Of a DNA stretch of 64,000 nt, positions 9,484 to 20,950 are shown in pieces (position 1 is the first letter of the stretch; the number at the start of each line of letters is the position of its first letter). A model generated the notes under the pieces. It had not been told where the DNA came from. It saw only the letters and a list, made by a program, of their open reading frames with translations, and ran no database searches. Position numbers and translations under genes: made by a program. Source of the stretch: an uncultured Pseudobdellovibrionaceae bacterium (GTDB lineage Bacteria; Bdellovibrionota; Bdellovibrionia; Bdellovibrionales; UBA1609); assembly GCA_963803705.1 (NCBI GenBank), contig CAWDNU010000004.1, forward strand, positions 160,001-224,000, read 5' to 3'.

Positions 9484-9548
9484 ATATTTTATTCTAATGT
9501 ATATGTGTTAATATCAGAAATAGAAACTGCATTAGAAAGGTCTAAAAA

Positions 9549-10922
9549 ATGATTTCGGGCTCGAAACCTAAGGAAAACTCTCTTAAAGTGAATAATGCCG
9601 ACGCCAACAATCCAAAGCCAGCTGCTAATCGTATCAAGAGGTCTAAACCTAAAGAATTAGAATTACCCTTAGATATCCATCAATTCGAAAATTTTGCTCT
9701 AACTGCTGGATGTCGATACCTAGAAGTTGGTGGTCCTACCTCTAGACTTGAAGACAAGATTATTCAATTAGGTAATTCTTACGAATTACAACCAGAGGTC
9801 TTTGCGACCCCATCTGCAATTATGATTAGCGCTATGAGCAATGAAAAAAGATTTACAAGCTCACTAAAACGAATCAAAGAGTCGACAATTGATCTGAATT
9901 TACTTTTTAAAATAGATGTTTTATTCGATAAAGTGATTCAAAAAGAGTTCACAGTGCACGAAGCATATAAATATATTTGTGAAAAAGAATACTCCGATCA
10001 ACTCTACAATCCAACTTCGGTTTCAGTGGCCTCGTTCGTTGTAGGTTTTTTAGCTAGTTACTTACATTTTCAAAGCGTTCATTCGGGAGTTGTAAGCGGT
10101 CTTCTAAGCTTTGTATTGGTTGCTTTAGTTCAACCATTTTTTAATTACCTTGCTTTCACGCGAATCTTCTATGTTTTTTTTGCATCACTACTTTCTATCG
10201 GATTAGCGGCTTGTATCGAAGTATACCTTCAGCTGCCTATCGAGGCTTCGTTTATAGGCTCCCTAATTGTGCTAGTTCCTGGTTTAATGCTGACGACTGC
10301 CGTTTCTGAGCTTGCAGAACATAATTTTGTGTCTGGCACCGTTAAGCTTGTGAATGGAGTGCTAATTTTAATTTCTATTGGAACCGCTCTTTTCATCGGA
10401 AAAGACATTATTGGTTTTTTAAACCCGCAGTCTTTACCGCTTAACCTTGATTACCCCCTGGAGGCACCTGTTGATCAAATCACTTCGATTATTGGAACCA
10501 TTTGTATCATGTTTGCTTTTTGTATTCAGTTTCAAACATCCAAACGATTTATTTTATGTGCCGTTATAACTGGTATTTCTGGTCAAATAGGTTTCGAACT
10601 TTTTAAAAATGCTTCTAGTTATGCTTTACCTTCGTTCGTAGCTGCATTATTTATTGGTCTTACTAGCTTAAGTTTTTCAAGGCTCTTCAAGACGCCCAGT
10701 CAAATATTTTCGGTGCCGGGAATTGTTTCTTTGGTCCCTGGAGTCCTGTCATTTACAATATATAACTCAACCTCACTGGGAGCTGGGGCTAATTCAGGAG
10801 ACTCTAAAATTTTAACCGTAGCGATAATCGCTTCATCACTGGTGTTTGGTCTAATAATGGCACGCTTCCCATTTAGAATGTATCAAAAGACTCAAGGAAT
10901 GCCGTTCAGTTCGACCGAGTAA
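9549..10922 (+). CDS. Threonine/serine exporter family (ThrE, fused two-domain form)
   Basis: GGPTSRLED, LVPGLMLTTAVSEL...SG and PGIVSLVPG motifs; about 10 TM segments. Confidence 0.8.
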   Translation: MISGSKPKENSLKVNNADANNPKPAANRIKRSKPKELELPLDIHQFENFALTAGCRYLEVGGPTSRLEDKIIQLGNSYELQPEVFATPSAIMISAMSNEKRFTSSLKRIKESTIDLNLLFKIDVLFDKVIQKEFTVHEAYKYICEKEYSDQLYNPTSVSVASFVVGFLASYLHFQSVHSGVVSGLLSFVLVALVQPFFNYLAFTRIFYVFFASLLSIGLAACIEVYLQLPIEASFIGSLIVLVPGLMLTTAVSELAEHNFVSGTVKLVNGVLILISIGTALFIGKDIIGFLNPQSLPLNLDYPLEAPVDQITSIIGTICIMFAFCIQFQTSKRFILCAVITGISGQIGFELFKNASSYALPSFVAALFIGLTSLSFSRLFKTPSQIFSVPGIVSLVPGVLSFTIYNSTSLGAGANSGDSKILTVAIIASSLVFGLIMARFPFRMYQKTQGMPFSSTE

Positions 10923-10942
10923 AATACTTACCTAACGTTATA

Positions 10943-11167
10943 TTATTGATTGTAACGATTTTCAGATGAGTCAGTTGTGTTTACGCTATCTACTAGCTCG
11001 ACCTCTATGGGTTGAGTCTGTAAATTTTGTGTATAATTAAGCGATTTAAAAAAGCTTAAAACCGTAGCCACCAAAATAAGGTGACCAATCAAAGAGCCTA
11101 AAAAGTATAGTAAAAGGTTTTTCTGTCTGTAAACCTTTTTAAAAAAAATTAAAAATTTTTTTCTCAT
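10943..11167 (-). CDS. Small hypothetical membrane protein (TonB-like anchor SLxxH)
   Basis: Single TM segment with SLIGH followed by PIEVELV; short, possibly a remnant. Confidence 0.4.
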   Translation of the reverse strand: MRKKFLIFFKKVYRQKNLLLYFLGSLIGHLILVATVLSFFKSLNYTQNLQTQPIEVELVDSVNTTDSSENRYNQ

Positions 11168-11267
11168 TTCTCATCAAATCATCAAGTTTAAAAATCTGCT
11201 TTTTTATCAATCAAGCTCGTGTGCGTGACTGATCAAAAAAAGTTTAGCGCCAATAAAATTTAAATGA

Positions 11268-11714
11268 CTACTCTTTCGAACAGGTAAACCCTGCTGTTTC
11301 TAGATTGGTTTTAATCTTTTCAGCCACAGTGTCAGCGTAACTCGGATCAGTTTTGGCTAATGCCACAGTTTTCACAGTATCAAACTTTTTATAAACAACA
11401 CCAACCGAGTCGTCCTTTTGTGTGATAACCGTGATCTCGCGGACATCTTTTGCGGACGTACATATAAACTTATATTTTTGGGTTCCGGTGACGTCCCCGA
11501 ACTGAACGGTTTCAGATGAAGGTTCTGAGTCCTGCTCACCACTACCGGAGTTTTCGACGTTTTCAGTGCTTTCTGTAGATGTCTTCACTGCTGAATTTTT
11601 GTCATTCTGAGATTCTTTAAAATTCGGATTGCTAGACTCTGTAGCTGGTTTGTCTTTGGCCCAAGATGTAGAGCCTAAAAAGGTAAGTGCGAATATTAGA
11701 ATCATTGATTTCAT
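11268..11714 (-). CDS. Hypothetical secreted protein
   Basis: AAAGGAG RBS before MKSMILIF; signal peptide, acidic linker and a small two-Cys C-terminal domain. Confidence 0.65.
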   Translation of the reverse strand: MKSMILIFALTFLGSTSWAKDKPATESSNPNFKESQNDKNSAVKTSTESTENVENSGSGEQDSEPSSETVQFGDVTGTQKYKFICTSAKDVREITVITQKDDSVGVVYKKFDTVKTVALAKTDPSYADTVAEKIKTNLETAGFTCSKE

Positions 11715-11877
11715 AAAATCTCCTTTCAAGGCTAGGTGTAATGATTACTTAGCAGCCAATTTAAATTCCATAATTTCAACAACGGCTTTGATAAGCAAGT
11801 CCTGCTGCAAATAGTTCGGCCCTCGAAACCGATATACAAAATAAATTCAACATGCAATTCCAGCAAAGACTTAATAC

Positions 11878-12726
11878 CTATTTCTTGGGATTAAAGCTGC
11901 CTAAGTCGACATTGTAGATTTGGCTACAGTACTCGCATATGATCTCCGCTTTTTTCTGTTCTGGTGAATTTTCCTGCTGATTTGCAAAGGCCAGTGCACG
12001 CTCAGCTCTTTCAAGCGAGCAGTTACAGCCAAAACTTATAGGAGCATCGAAAGTCTTGACCCCTGTTTTTTCAAGTGCAACTTCAGCCATACTTTTAATT
12101 GGCTTACTTAGATCTAACTGCCAATCTGAAAGACTTCCTAATTCAGCAAACTTTTCATCCCAAAAATGTGAAATCAGTTCAAATTTTGTAGCATCTTCCT
12201 GCGGAAAGACTTCAAAAAAATATCCAAGGGCTGACTTTATTCGTAAATCTTTAGATTTTACATCGTAATTAACCCATAGATTCATAGCGCAACGCCTTTG
12301 TTCTGACTGATGTAAGTACTCTAATAAATCGGTGCAAACGTCACCTTTCGAATTTACAATTCCAGTATGGGTTTTCTGCTGATCTCGTAAAACTTGAAGT
12401 GTACCCTCGCCCAATGATTCTGTGATTTCACCAGAAAAAGCTTTGGGATTAATAATTGTACCGCGCCCTTGCCAGTTTTCATTTACGTCGACGTACAAAT
12501 TGCCAAAATCCCCGTCTACATTCCACTGCAGCTTAGTTCTATGATCTTGATCCTTGGAAGATAATTCATGAACCAAATAGCATGACATCAAAGCTTGTCC
12601 AAGATGAATACCCGCCGGAGGCAGCGCTGTGGTTTTAAGGATCACTTCATTTACTGTTTGTGTAGCGTTAACAAAGATAAACTGCGCGCTTGAATCTTTC
12701 GTCATGTATTTGGCTATCTGGTCCAT
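11878..12726 (-). CDS. hslO: Hsp33 redox-regulated chaperone
   Basis: YLHQSEQ motif and C-terminal Zn ligands CNCS...CEYC. Confidence 0.88.
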   Translation of the reverse strand: MDQIAKYMTKDSSAQFIFVNATQTVNEVILKTTALPPAGIHLGQALMSCYLVHELSSKDQDHRTKLQWNVDGDFGNLYVDVNENWQGRGTIINPKAFSGEITESLGEGTLQVLRDQQKTHTGIVNSKGDVCTDLLEYLHQSEQRRCAMNLWVNYDVKSKDLRIKSALGYFFEVFPQEDATKFELISHFWDEKFAELGSLSDWQLDLSKPIKSMAEVALEKTGVKTFDAPISFGCNCSLERAERALAFANQQENSPEQKKAEIICEYCSQIYNVDLGSFNPKK

Positions 12727-12888
12727 AAATTTACCTCATCTTTAAGTGGCACTAGCAATTTTCATTTCGCTTTCAATTACGTCACAATTTGGCTTTAAGT
12801 CTGCTTGTTCATTGAGTTTTTAACCTATAAAGGTTGATTATGCTATATGATAAAAGCAAATTAGTTGCTCTTATAAGGTGGGCTACAA

Positions 12889-13122
12889 TTGACGTGTTTA
12901 TGGGATTTAAAACCTCAGGAAGAAGGGATTATTGTTAACTTAGATAGCGCAAATTTTTTAACTGAGCGTTTGAGAAACTATGGTTTTAACAATGGTCAAA
13001 GCGCAAGGTACCTTTATAAAACATCTATGGGCGGACCCAGAGTTTATCTTCTAGAGGACACTGTGTATTCGTTGAGTTTCGAAATGGCAGCTCAAATTCC
13101 TATTCAAAAAGTGTCTCAATGA
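12889..13122 (+). CDS. feoA: Ferrous iron transport protein A
   Basis: RLRNYGF...GGP pattern, 77 aa, overlaps the feoB start. Confidence 0.8.
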   Translation: MTCLWDLKPQEEGIIVNLDSANFLTERLRNYGFNNGQSARYLYKTSMGGPRVYLLEDTVYSLSFEMAAQIPIQKVSQ

Positions 13123-14897
13123 GTGAAATTTATTTGGTTGGTCGCCCTAACGTTGGGAAATCATATTTATTTAATCGTTTAACCGATTCCGATCAAAAAA
13201 TCGGTAACTTTGCTGGAGTGACTTTCGATAAAAAATCTAAAAACATCGCAGGCACAGATCTGACGCTAACTGATCTGCCAGGCTTATACTCACTAAGCAC
13301 CAATTCTGCCGACGAGTTGTTAGCACTAAATAGTTTAACAAACTCTGCTCCGGAAGACTTAATTTGTGTCGTCGTTGAGTCTTTAAAGCTTAAAACCCAG
13401 CTTCATTATATTTTAGGGTTAAGAACGTGGTGTGAAGAAAACTACAGGTCAATGATTCTTTGTTTGAATATGAAAGACGAGGCCGACCATCATGGAATTA
13501 GTTTTGATACTAAAGCCTTGGAACTAGAGCTTAGTCTACCAGTATTTTTGGTCTCTGCTAAATCTAATTACGGATTAAATGAGCTTAGTAATTTTTTTAG
13601 AAATAAAAGATGGTCTCCGCCAGAAAATTTGTCTATTCCAAGTGAAACACTGATACCAAAGCTAAAACAGTATATCCTAGGAGACCTTTCTAAAGTTATT
13701 CGAATGCAAAATAGAATTGATAAATTTATCTTATCACCCATGTTTGGGCCTATAATTTTTTTACTTTTCACTTTTGTATTGTTTCAATCAATTTTTTCTT
13801 GGGCAGAGCCTTTCATGAATGTGGTCGAGTCTTCAGTCACCTACCTGAACCAGCTGGTCTCGCCCTTGTTTTCAGGTCACTTGCAGTCTTTTGTGGACAA
13901 CGCTATTTTTGCCGGCTTCGGAGCTTTTTTAGTTTTCACCCCACAAATATTTATACTGACTTTCGTCCTAACTTTTCTAGAAAAAAGCGGGTATATGGCC
14001 CGAGCTATACTTTTATGCCACCAACCCTTAAGTTGGTTTGGACTGCATGGCAAAAGCTTTGTTCCTTTAATGACAGGTCACGCTTGTGCTGTGCCAGCAA
14101 TATACGCCACCCGAAATATCGAAAGCGAATGGGTTAGAAAGATCACGGTATTTGTGATTCCTTTAACTGTTTGCTCGGCTCGTATTCCTGTGTATGCGTT
14201 ACTCATTAAACTTTTAATCCCTGATGAAACCTATATGTATGGTCTTTTTGGTTTGCAGGGTTTGGTTTTCTTTTTCATGTATTTTTTTGGTTTGTTTTTA
14301 GCTTTACTAATCAGTGCCTTAATCAATTCTTATGCGAAGGTTACATCTACTAACGATGATTTTATTATTGAATTGCCTCAATACAGAAAACCAGAAATGT
14401 ACTCTTTGATTTCAAAGGCACTGAAAACTACCAAAGACTTTGTAAAGGACGCTGGACCAATAATATTTATTTTGAATGCTGTAATTTGGGCATTAAGCTA
14501 TTTGCCTACCGCAGATGGTGATTTGAAAGCTTCATATTTGGCTCAGGCAGGCCGTTGGTTAGAGCCTTTGTTTACCCCGATAGGATTGGATTGGATTCAA
14601 GGTGTAGCTGTTTTAAGTTCTTTTGTCGCCAGAGAGGTTTTTGTAAGCACACTAGGGCTACTTTATGGTTTAAACTCTGAGAATAGCTCTGAAGTAGTAA
14701 ATCTATCTGAGATGCAAAATATTAGTTTTGCTTCTGGACTTTCACTTTTGTTCTTTTTTGCTATTGCCCTGCAATGTATGAGCACAGTTTCTGTAATGGC
14801 AAAAGAAATAAGTTCAAAATCAGCTTACTTAGCTCTAAGTTTTTATCTTGTTTTAGCCTATGTAGTCTCTTTTTGTATTTACCAGATATTATCTTAA
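13119..14897 (+). CDS. feoB: Ferrous iron transporter B
   Basis: GRPNVGKS, GNFAGVT, DLPGLYSL and NMKD GTPase motifs; membrane domain with SGYMAR, GHACAVPA, CSARIP. Confidence 0.93.
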   Translation: MSEIYLVGRPNVGKSYLFNRLTDSDQKIGNFAGVTFDKKSKNIAGTDLTLTDLPGLYSLSTNSADELLALNSLTNSAPEDLICVVVESLKLKTQLHYILGLRTWCEENYRSMILCLNMKDEADHHGISFDTKALELELSLPVFLVSAKSNYGLNELSNFFRNKRWSPPENLSIPSETLIPKLKQYILGDLSKVIRMQNRIDKFILSPMFGPIIFLLFTFVLFQSIFSWAEPFMNVVESSVTYLNQLVSPLFSGHLQSFVDNAIFAGFGAFLVFTPQIFILTFVLTFLEKSGYMARAILLCHQPLSWFGLHGKSFVPLMTGHACAVPAIYATRNIESEWVRKITVFVIPLTVCSARIPVYALLIKLLIPDETYMYGLFGLQGLVFFFMYFFGLFLALLISALINSYAKVTSTNDDFIIELPQYRKPEMYSLISKALKTTKDFVKDAGPIIFILNAVIWALSYLPTADGDLKASYLAQAGRWLEPLFTPIGLDWIQGVAVLSSFVAREVFVSTLGLLYGLNSENSSEVVNLSEMQNISFASGLSLLFFFAIALQCMSTVSVMAKEISSKSAYLALSFYLVLAYVVSFCIYQILS

Positions 14898-14965
14898 ATT
14901 TATAATGTAATACGCCATTGGCGATGATAGACCCATATCTAAATCAAACACTAAAAGGAATTATT

Positions 14966-15736
14966 ATGAAACTAGCAGCACTGATCCTAACAGTAGGACT
15001 TTTATTTCTTTCGGGTTGCGGTATAAAGGTCGTCGAGACGGGTAACCGCGGAGTCAAAGTTAGATTTGGTGAAATTATAGGAGATCCATTACCTGAAGGC
15101 CTCTATTTTTATAACCCACTGACAACTTCGATTAAGGAGCTAAACGTAAGAGAAGTTAAACGTTCAGCCACAACGAACGTGTATTCTAAAGATGCTCAGG
15201 TGGTGGAGATCACATACACTCTAAACTTCAAACCCAATGCGCTAAAGATCTCGGAACTCTATAAAGAAGTGGGTTACAATTGGAGCGAAGTTCTGATTCG
15301 ACAAATCTTAGAGGGCAATATCAAACAAGTCAGTGGAAAGTATGCAGCTGTTGACTTGATCGAGCAACGTCAAGAGTACGTAAACCAAATTATCACAGAA
15401 CTTACCGATGAGTTCAGCAAAAAACGCATTGATCTAATTGCTTTTGAAGTTAACGATATGAATTTCGATGATGATTTCGAAACAGCTGTTAAAAATAAAG
15501 TCATAGCTGTGGAACAGGCAAAAGAGGCACAAAATAGAACTGTGAAAATCAAAGAGGAAGCTTCACAAAAGATAATCGCTGCCAAAGCCGAAGCAGAAAG
15601 TATGCGGATCAGGTCCGAAGCCTTAAGGGCTAACAAGGGACTTGTAGATTACGAAGCTGTACAAAAGTGGGATGGTAAACTTCCTCAGCAGATGCTTGGC
15701 AATTCTATGCCTTTTATAAATATTAAGTCTAAGTAG
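14966..15736 (+). CDS. SPFH/prohibitin (band 7) family protein
   Basis: AAAGGA RBS, lipobox-like LSGC, VxTGxRGVKVRFG, EGLYFYNP, KWDGKLP. Confidence 0.85.
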   Translation: MKLAALILTVGLLFLSGCGIKVVETGNRGVKVRFGEIIGDPLPEGLYFYNPLTTSIKELNVREVKRSATTNVYSKDAQVVEITYTLNFKPNALKISELYKEVGYNWSEVLIRQILEGNIKQVSGKYAAVDLIEQRQEYVNQIITELTDEFSKKRIDLIAFEVNDMNFDDDFETAVKNKVIAVEQAKEAQNRTVKIKEEASQKIIAAKAEAESMRIRSEALRANKGLVDYEAVQKWDGKLPQQMLGNSMPFINIKSK

Positions 15737-15740
15737 AACG

Positions 15741-16247
15741 TTAAAGGCCGATCTGGTGAAATTTGTGTTCCAACTTACCCTTAACACTTCTGATCTTTGA
15801 AATCAGATGAGATATGGACATTTCAATTTTAATGTATTTCTCGGTTAATAAGTCTGCTGATTGAGCAGACTGCGCCGAGCTTTTTTGTCCAGCCAAATTT
15901 TGATTTGAAGAATTATCCTGAGACAACAAAACCTTAGTTTTCTGAATCTGTAAATCACGATAATCCTTTAGTGCCTTTCTAGCTCCAGGAATTGAAAACT
16001 GATCTATGTATAGAAACATTTTAATTAATATTACCGTTTCCACATCTCTTTTTGAATAAATCCGTTGATTGTTAGCGGCTTTTTTTGGGTTTAAGGACTT
16101 AAATTCTTGCTCCCAATACCTTAAAACATATGGTTTTACGCCCAGCAAATCCGCAACATCACCAATTTTAAAGGCCATTTGATCTGGGATTTTTTTAAAT
16201 TCCAGTTTTAAGTCAAAATCCTTGTCACCTATGGTTTCTTGATCCAT
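15741..16247 (-). CDS. MerR-family transcriptional regulator (ihfA-linked)
   Basis: FKIGDVADLLGVKPYVLRYWEQEF...QRIY HTH; conserved position downstream of ihfA. Confidence 0.85.
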   Translation of the reverse strand: MDQETIGDKDFDLKLEFKKIPDQMAFKIGDVADLLGVKPYVLRYWEQEFKSLNPKKAANNQRIYSKRDVETVILIKMFLYIDQFSIPGARKALKDYRDLQIQKTKVLLSQDNSSNQNLAGQKSSAQSAQSADLLTEKYIKIEMSISHLISKIRSVKGKLEHKFHQIGL

Positions 16248-16577
16248 TTATCCTCTTACTTCTGAACTTGGATCTTGATCATCATTGATTAAGTCTTTAA
16301 GTATTTGGCTTGGTTTAAAAGTTAGCACGCGGCGAGCAGAGATCGTAATTTGATCACCAGTTTGTGGATTTCTGCCAGGTCTTTCCTTTTTTTCTTTTAC
16401 TGTAAAGTTACCAAAGCCAGATATTTTTACGCGCTCGCCTTCGTTCAGACTATTTTTCAAAGTCGAGAAAACAAGTTCAACTAAATCAGAAGCTTCTTTC
16501 TTTGAGAACCCAATTTTATTATAAACGCGCTCTACAATATCAGCTTTGGTTAGCGTTACACCTTCGTCTTCTGTCAT
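16248..16577 (-). CDS. ihfA: Integration host factor alpha subunit
   Basis: LTKADIV, VKISGFGNF, RPGRNPQTG, ISARRVLTFKPS; follows pheT. Confidence 0.93.
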   Translation of the reverse strand: MTEDEGVTLTKADIVERVYNKIGFSKKEASDLVELVFSTLKNSLNEGERVKISGFGNFTVKEKKERPGRNPQTGDQITISARRVLTFKPSQILKDLINDDQDPSSEVRG

Positions 16578-19014
16578 TGAAACTCCGTTTTTATTGATTT
16601 AAAAATTTTTTCCTGAATTTGGTCTAAAGTTTTATCTTCAATAGCTTTAAGACTATCCTGCAAATATAAAGTCACAGTCACTGCTTGCATGCCAGCTCCT
16701 AGTCGGTCACCTACATAGATATCTTTCAAATCTAAATTTTGAAACAACTTGCCTGCAGCTTTATTCACAACCTTGTGGATATCTCTAAATTGCACTTGAG
16801 CACTAAGTTCAAAGGTTAAATCTCTTTTTACGACCGGCACATAGATTAGGGCCTGCACTTTATTAAATGCCCCTATGTCCTGGGTGATCAAGTTTGTATT
16901 TAGCTCAAAGTAAGCCACGGGTTCTCTAAATTTATGGTCCTCTAAAATTTTAGGATGGACACTACCAATCACTCCAACGTATTTACCACGCACAAATAAG
17001 CACGCCCACTGTCCTGGATGCAAAAATTCTGGAACCTCGATAGGTATATTTTTTTGACTATTTACATCATCAAACCTGTAGCCTTTAACCTTACATTTTT
17101 TTAGTAAAACTTCTAAGCACGACTTAAGTTTGAATACCGGATAGGAACTAGCTTTTCTCGAGGATTGCCAGTAATCCTGGGGTTCTCCCCAAAGAAGACC
17201 TGCAGTTCTAAGCTCTTCAAAATATTTATCTTCTTTTTTGTAAAATACCGATCCATTTTCAAAAATTTGTCCGTAAGATTTACCGTGCTTAAAATTGTGA
17301 AGTGCATTTTGAAAAAGTTGAGGAAAAAGTAAGCTTCTCATTTCGTCTAGTTTATCGCTAATCGGGTTTTTTATTTTTATGGTTTCACCCGTATGACCAA
17401 TATTGAAAATGGATAGCTTATTTAACGAAGGTGCTAAGCGCTTTTGAACTTCTGCCGAAGAAAAATTATAATTTATTGTCTGAGTAAACCCCTGCTCGGC
17501 TAATGCCCCGGTGATAAATTTAAGTTTTGAAAATTCAGAGTCATGATTACTAGGGTCAGCTACCATCTGCGGAAGAATCTCTGGTATCTTGTTGTATCCT
17601 TCTAAACGACCGTACTCCTCCACCAAGTCTTCTTTGATACCTAAGTCATATCTAAACGCAGGCGGAAAGACTGTGTAACCGTCAGAGGATTTAGTAAATT
17701 CGCAATTCAATCTTTCAAGCCAAAACTCAAACTGTTTTTCTGTGGCTTTAAATCCAAGGCGCTCACTTAAATCTTCGATAGTGATTTTAATTTTTGGTCT
17801 GGTAAGTGGCTGAGGGTAAAAATCAAAAACGTCTTTTGCCGCTTCACCACCCGTTAGATTTACTATCAGTTGAGCGCCAGATTGATCGCTCTTGGTATCA
17901 TATCGATATCAGTACCTCTAGTGAATCTATAAGCAGCATCTGTCTCAATCCCAAACGCCTTGCTGTCTTACGAACTGAGGAAGGAACAAAATAGGCGCAT
18001 TCAAGAAAAATATTCTGAGTAGAATCAGAAATTCCAGAATCCTTGGATCCAACGACACCAGCCAGACCAACAACTTTAGTTTTATCTCTAATAGTTAGTT
18101 CTTGGCCTGTAAGCTCATACTGAGTGCCATCAAAGGATGTAAATTTCTCCCCTTTTTTAGAGTCAGCTACAGTTATTTCATGCCCTTCAATATTCTTAAA
18201 ATCATAAGCGTGCATAGGTTGCCCCAGCTCAAGCATCACATAATTGGTGATGTCGACAACATTATTTACAGCGTTAAATCCAGCACGCTCTAGCTTGTCC
18301 ACCATCCACTGTGGGCTCGGTCTCACATTTACATTTTCAATCCATCGTCCCATAAATCTAGGGCACATTTCTGAATTTTTTATTTCAATTTTGAATCTAT
18401 TATTTATAGTGGTCTTACCTGGCTTCACGTAGGGCTCTTCAAAACTTAGTGGCTTATCTGATGAGACAAGAAATTTCCCTAGCTAATCCCCAATGACTAA
18501 GACAATCTGCTCGGTTGGGGGTAACACTGATATCAAATATAATCTCATTCGTCTCCAGATATTTGAATACACTTTCACCAATGGGAGCGTCATTGTCCAA
18601 AATTCTAATGCCATCACTTTTTGGTGAAAGTTCCATTTCTTTGTCTGAACAAAGCATTCCGTGACTTTCAATGCCTCTAATTTTTGACTTTTTAATTTTG
18701 AAGTCACCTGGTAATACACAACCCGGTAGGGCCGCGCATACCAGATTTCCCTCTTTATGATTCTTCGCTCCACATACGATTTGATAGGGCTTTTCCTGGC
18801 CCACATCCACCAGGCATACTGTCAATTTATCTGCATCAGGATGTTTCTTGAGCTCAAGTATCTTTCCCACCACTAAATTTTCTATAGAGCCTAAACGGAT
18901 GATGTCTTCAACTTCCAAACCTGCCGAAGTTAACTTTTCTGCCAACTCTTCAGGTTTAGTTTCAAAACCTGAAACATCAACAAATTCATTCAACCATGAC
19001 ATTAAAATTTTCAT
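16574..19014 (-). CDS. pheT: Phenylalanine-tRNA ligase beta subunit, broken by three apparent frameshifts (about 18460, 17953, 17876), probably sequencing errors
   Basis: Pieces give KHPDADKL, TPNRADCLS, NNVVDITNYVMLELGQPMHAYD, a hidden segment GIETDAAYRFTRGTD in another frame, RYDL...DLVEE and a C-terminal FDX-ACB domain. Confidence 0.9.
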
Positions 19015-20036
19015 TAGAACTGCTCCAAAAATCGTATATCGTTTTCGGTAAAGAGACGAATGTCAGAGATTCCATAACGGATCATAGCCATTCGTTCGAC
19101 ACCAAAACCAAAAGCAAACCCTTGCCATCTATCTGGATCAACACCTGAAAACTTCAGAACATTAGGGTTTACTAAGCCGCACCCGCCAATCTCAATCCAC
19201 CCCGTTTGACTGCATACTCTACAGCCTTTTCCAATGCAAATTGGACAAGTGCAGTCGACTTCAGCTGAAGGTTCAGTAAAAGGAAAAAAACTTGGTCTAA
19301 ATCTTACTTTTATCTTTTCACTGAAAAACGACTTTATGAAAAAGGAAACTACACCTTTCAAGTGCGCCATAGAAACTTTTTTATCCACCCACAATCCCTC
19401 TACTTGGTAGAAATTTGGAGAATGCGTAATATCACTGTCGCATCTAAAAACTGATCCTGGGGCTAAAACCCTAAGCGGTAGCGTTTCGTTCTCTAAGGTC
19501 CTCACTTGGATTGGACTTGTGTGAGTTCTAAGAACATGATCATCATCAATGTAAAAAGTGTCCTGCATATCTCTAGCAGGATGGTCTTTGGGAAAATTCA
19601 AAGCTTCAAAATTGTAATGATCGGATTCGATCATTGGCCCCGTCCTAACACTGAAACCAATGCGGCATAAAATATCTATCATTTCATTGATCACTAAATC
19701 GATAGGATGCTTGCCACGTATTTTACTTTAGGACCAGGCAAGTTAAATCCACAGATTTCAGTTGCAATTTTATTTGAGAGAGTTCAACTTGAGCAAGTTG
19801 CTGCTCTTTTTTTGAATACAGCTGCTTCAAGTTCTCTTTTCTTCTCGTTAACCAGCTGGCCGAATTTGGGTCGCTGGTCTTTCGGTAGCTCTACAAGCAT
19901 TTTCATAAGCGAGGTCAATTCGCCATTTTTACCCATGAAATTTAACTTTAAACTCGTACAGCATAGTGCGGTCTTCGGAGGTTGAAAAACACTGAGTAGC
20001 TTTTTCATATATTTCTTCGAGTTTTTGCTGTAACAT
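19014..20036 (-). CDS. pheS: Phenylalanine-tRNA ligase alpha subunit; 5' third carries several indels
   Basis: [47 protein letters not shown]. The N-terminus can be rebuilt across frames from ATG 20036 (MLQQKLEEI...GKNGEL...FGQLVN...VDLTLPG...HP). Confidence 0.9.
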
Positions 20037-20087
20037 ATTAGAAATATTGAAGGAAAATAGATTTAGAATCAACGTGCGCCATGGCTA

Positions 20088-20897
20088 TTGTGCACTTTAT
20101 GCTTTGCACAAAGAGTGGGTGTGTCATTGAACTATAAGGAAATTTTAAGTGCTGAAAATAAGTCGTTTAAGGGCTGGAAAGAGCTGACAAGTTCTAGAGG
20201 TATAAAAAAGCGGCAACGTGCTTTAGTTCAAGGCAAGATTTTGGTTCACGAATATTTCAAAGACTTTTATTTTGAAGATATTGAAATAATCTTCACAGCT
20301 GACCAGGGTTATCCTGCCAATTTAGGACCTAAAACTAAATCGTTTAAGTTGAGCAAAGCTCTATTTAATGAGCTTAACACCACAGGAGTCGACTACCCGA
20401 TGCTTTGTGTACCTGTTCCAAGGATTAAAAATTTAGAAGTGACATTGCTAAAAGAAAAGCCTTGCGTCTATCTGCCTTTAGGAGACCCTAAGAATTTAGG
20501 AGGCGCTCTTAGAAACGCCCTGGCGTTTGGTGTAGAAAATGTGGTGCTGCTTGAAGAAGCCGCAAACCCGTTTCACCCGCAAGCTATTAAGGCCTCTAGT
20601 GGAGCTTGCTTTCACTTAAATCTGTTTAAGGGTCCGAAAGCTGAAGATTTAGATCCTAAATCTTTGTATGTGTTAGATTCAGGCGGCAAAATGGCACATA
20701 CAATAAATTGGCCTAATAATTTCAAAATTTTAGTCGGAGAAGAAGGGCAAGGTCCCCCTAAGCAAATTTTACAGAATGCAAAACCTGTAAGCATTCCTAT
20801 TTCAAGTAAAATAGAATCTTTAAATGCCAGTCAAGCGTTAGGAATTGTGCTTTACGAAGCGTCGCTAAACCGAAACAGACAATCAGGTAAAGACTAA
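20088..20897 (+). CDS. TrmH/SpoU family RNA methyltransferase
   Basis: DPKNLGGALR, GEEGQG and IESLNAS SPOUT motifs. Confidence 0.85.
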   Translation: MCTLCFAQRVGVSLNYKEILSAENKSFKGWKELTSSRGIKKRQRALVQGKILVHEYFKDFYFEDIEIIFTADQGYPANLGPKTKSFKLSKALFNELNTTGVDYPMLCVPVPRIKNLEVTLLKEKPCVYLPLGDPKNLGGALRNALAFGVENVVLLEEAANPFHPQAIKASSGACFHLNLFKGPKAEDLDPKSLYVLDSGGKMAHTINWPNNFKILVGEEGQGPPKQILQNAKPVSIPISSKIESLNASQALGIVLYEASLNRNRQSGKD

Positions 20898-20950
20898 TAG
20901 TTTCCGTCATAAAACAGGTTTAAACTTAGTTTATTAAATGCTTGAATTTG

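Noticed and set aside
11014..11034. GAGTCTGTAAATTTTGTGTAT resembles the IS256 left end at 62690
   Set aside because: The match needs a 3-nt gap, is AT-rich, lies within a plausible ORF and has no transposase remnant; likely chance.
16574..20036. pheS/pheT as true pseudogenes or programmed frameshifting
   Set aside because: The genes are essential, the indels are numerous and clustered, and the motifs are otherwise undecayed. Sequencing error is the simpler explanation.
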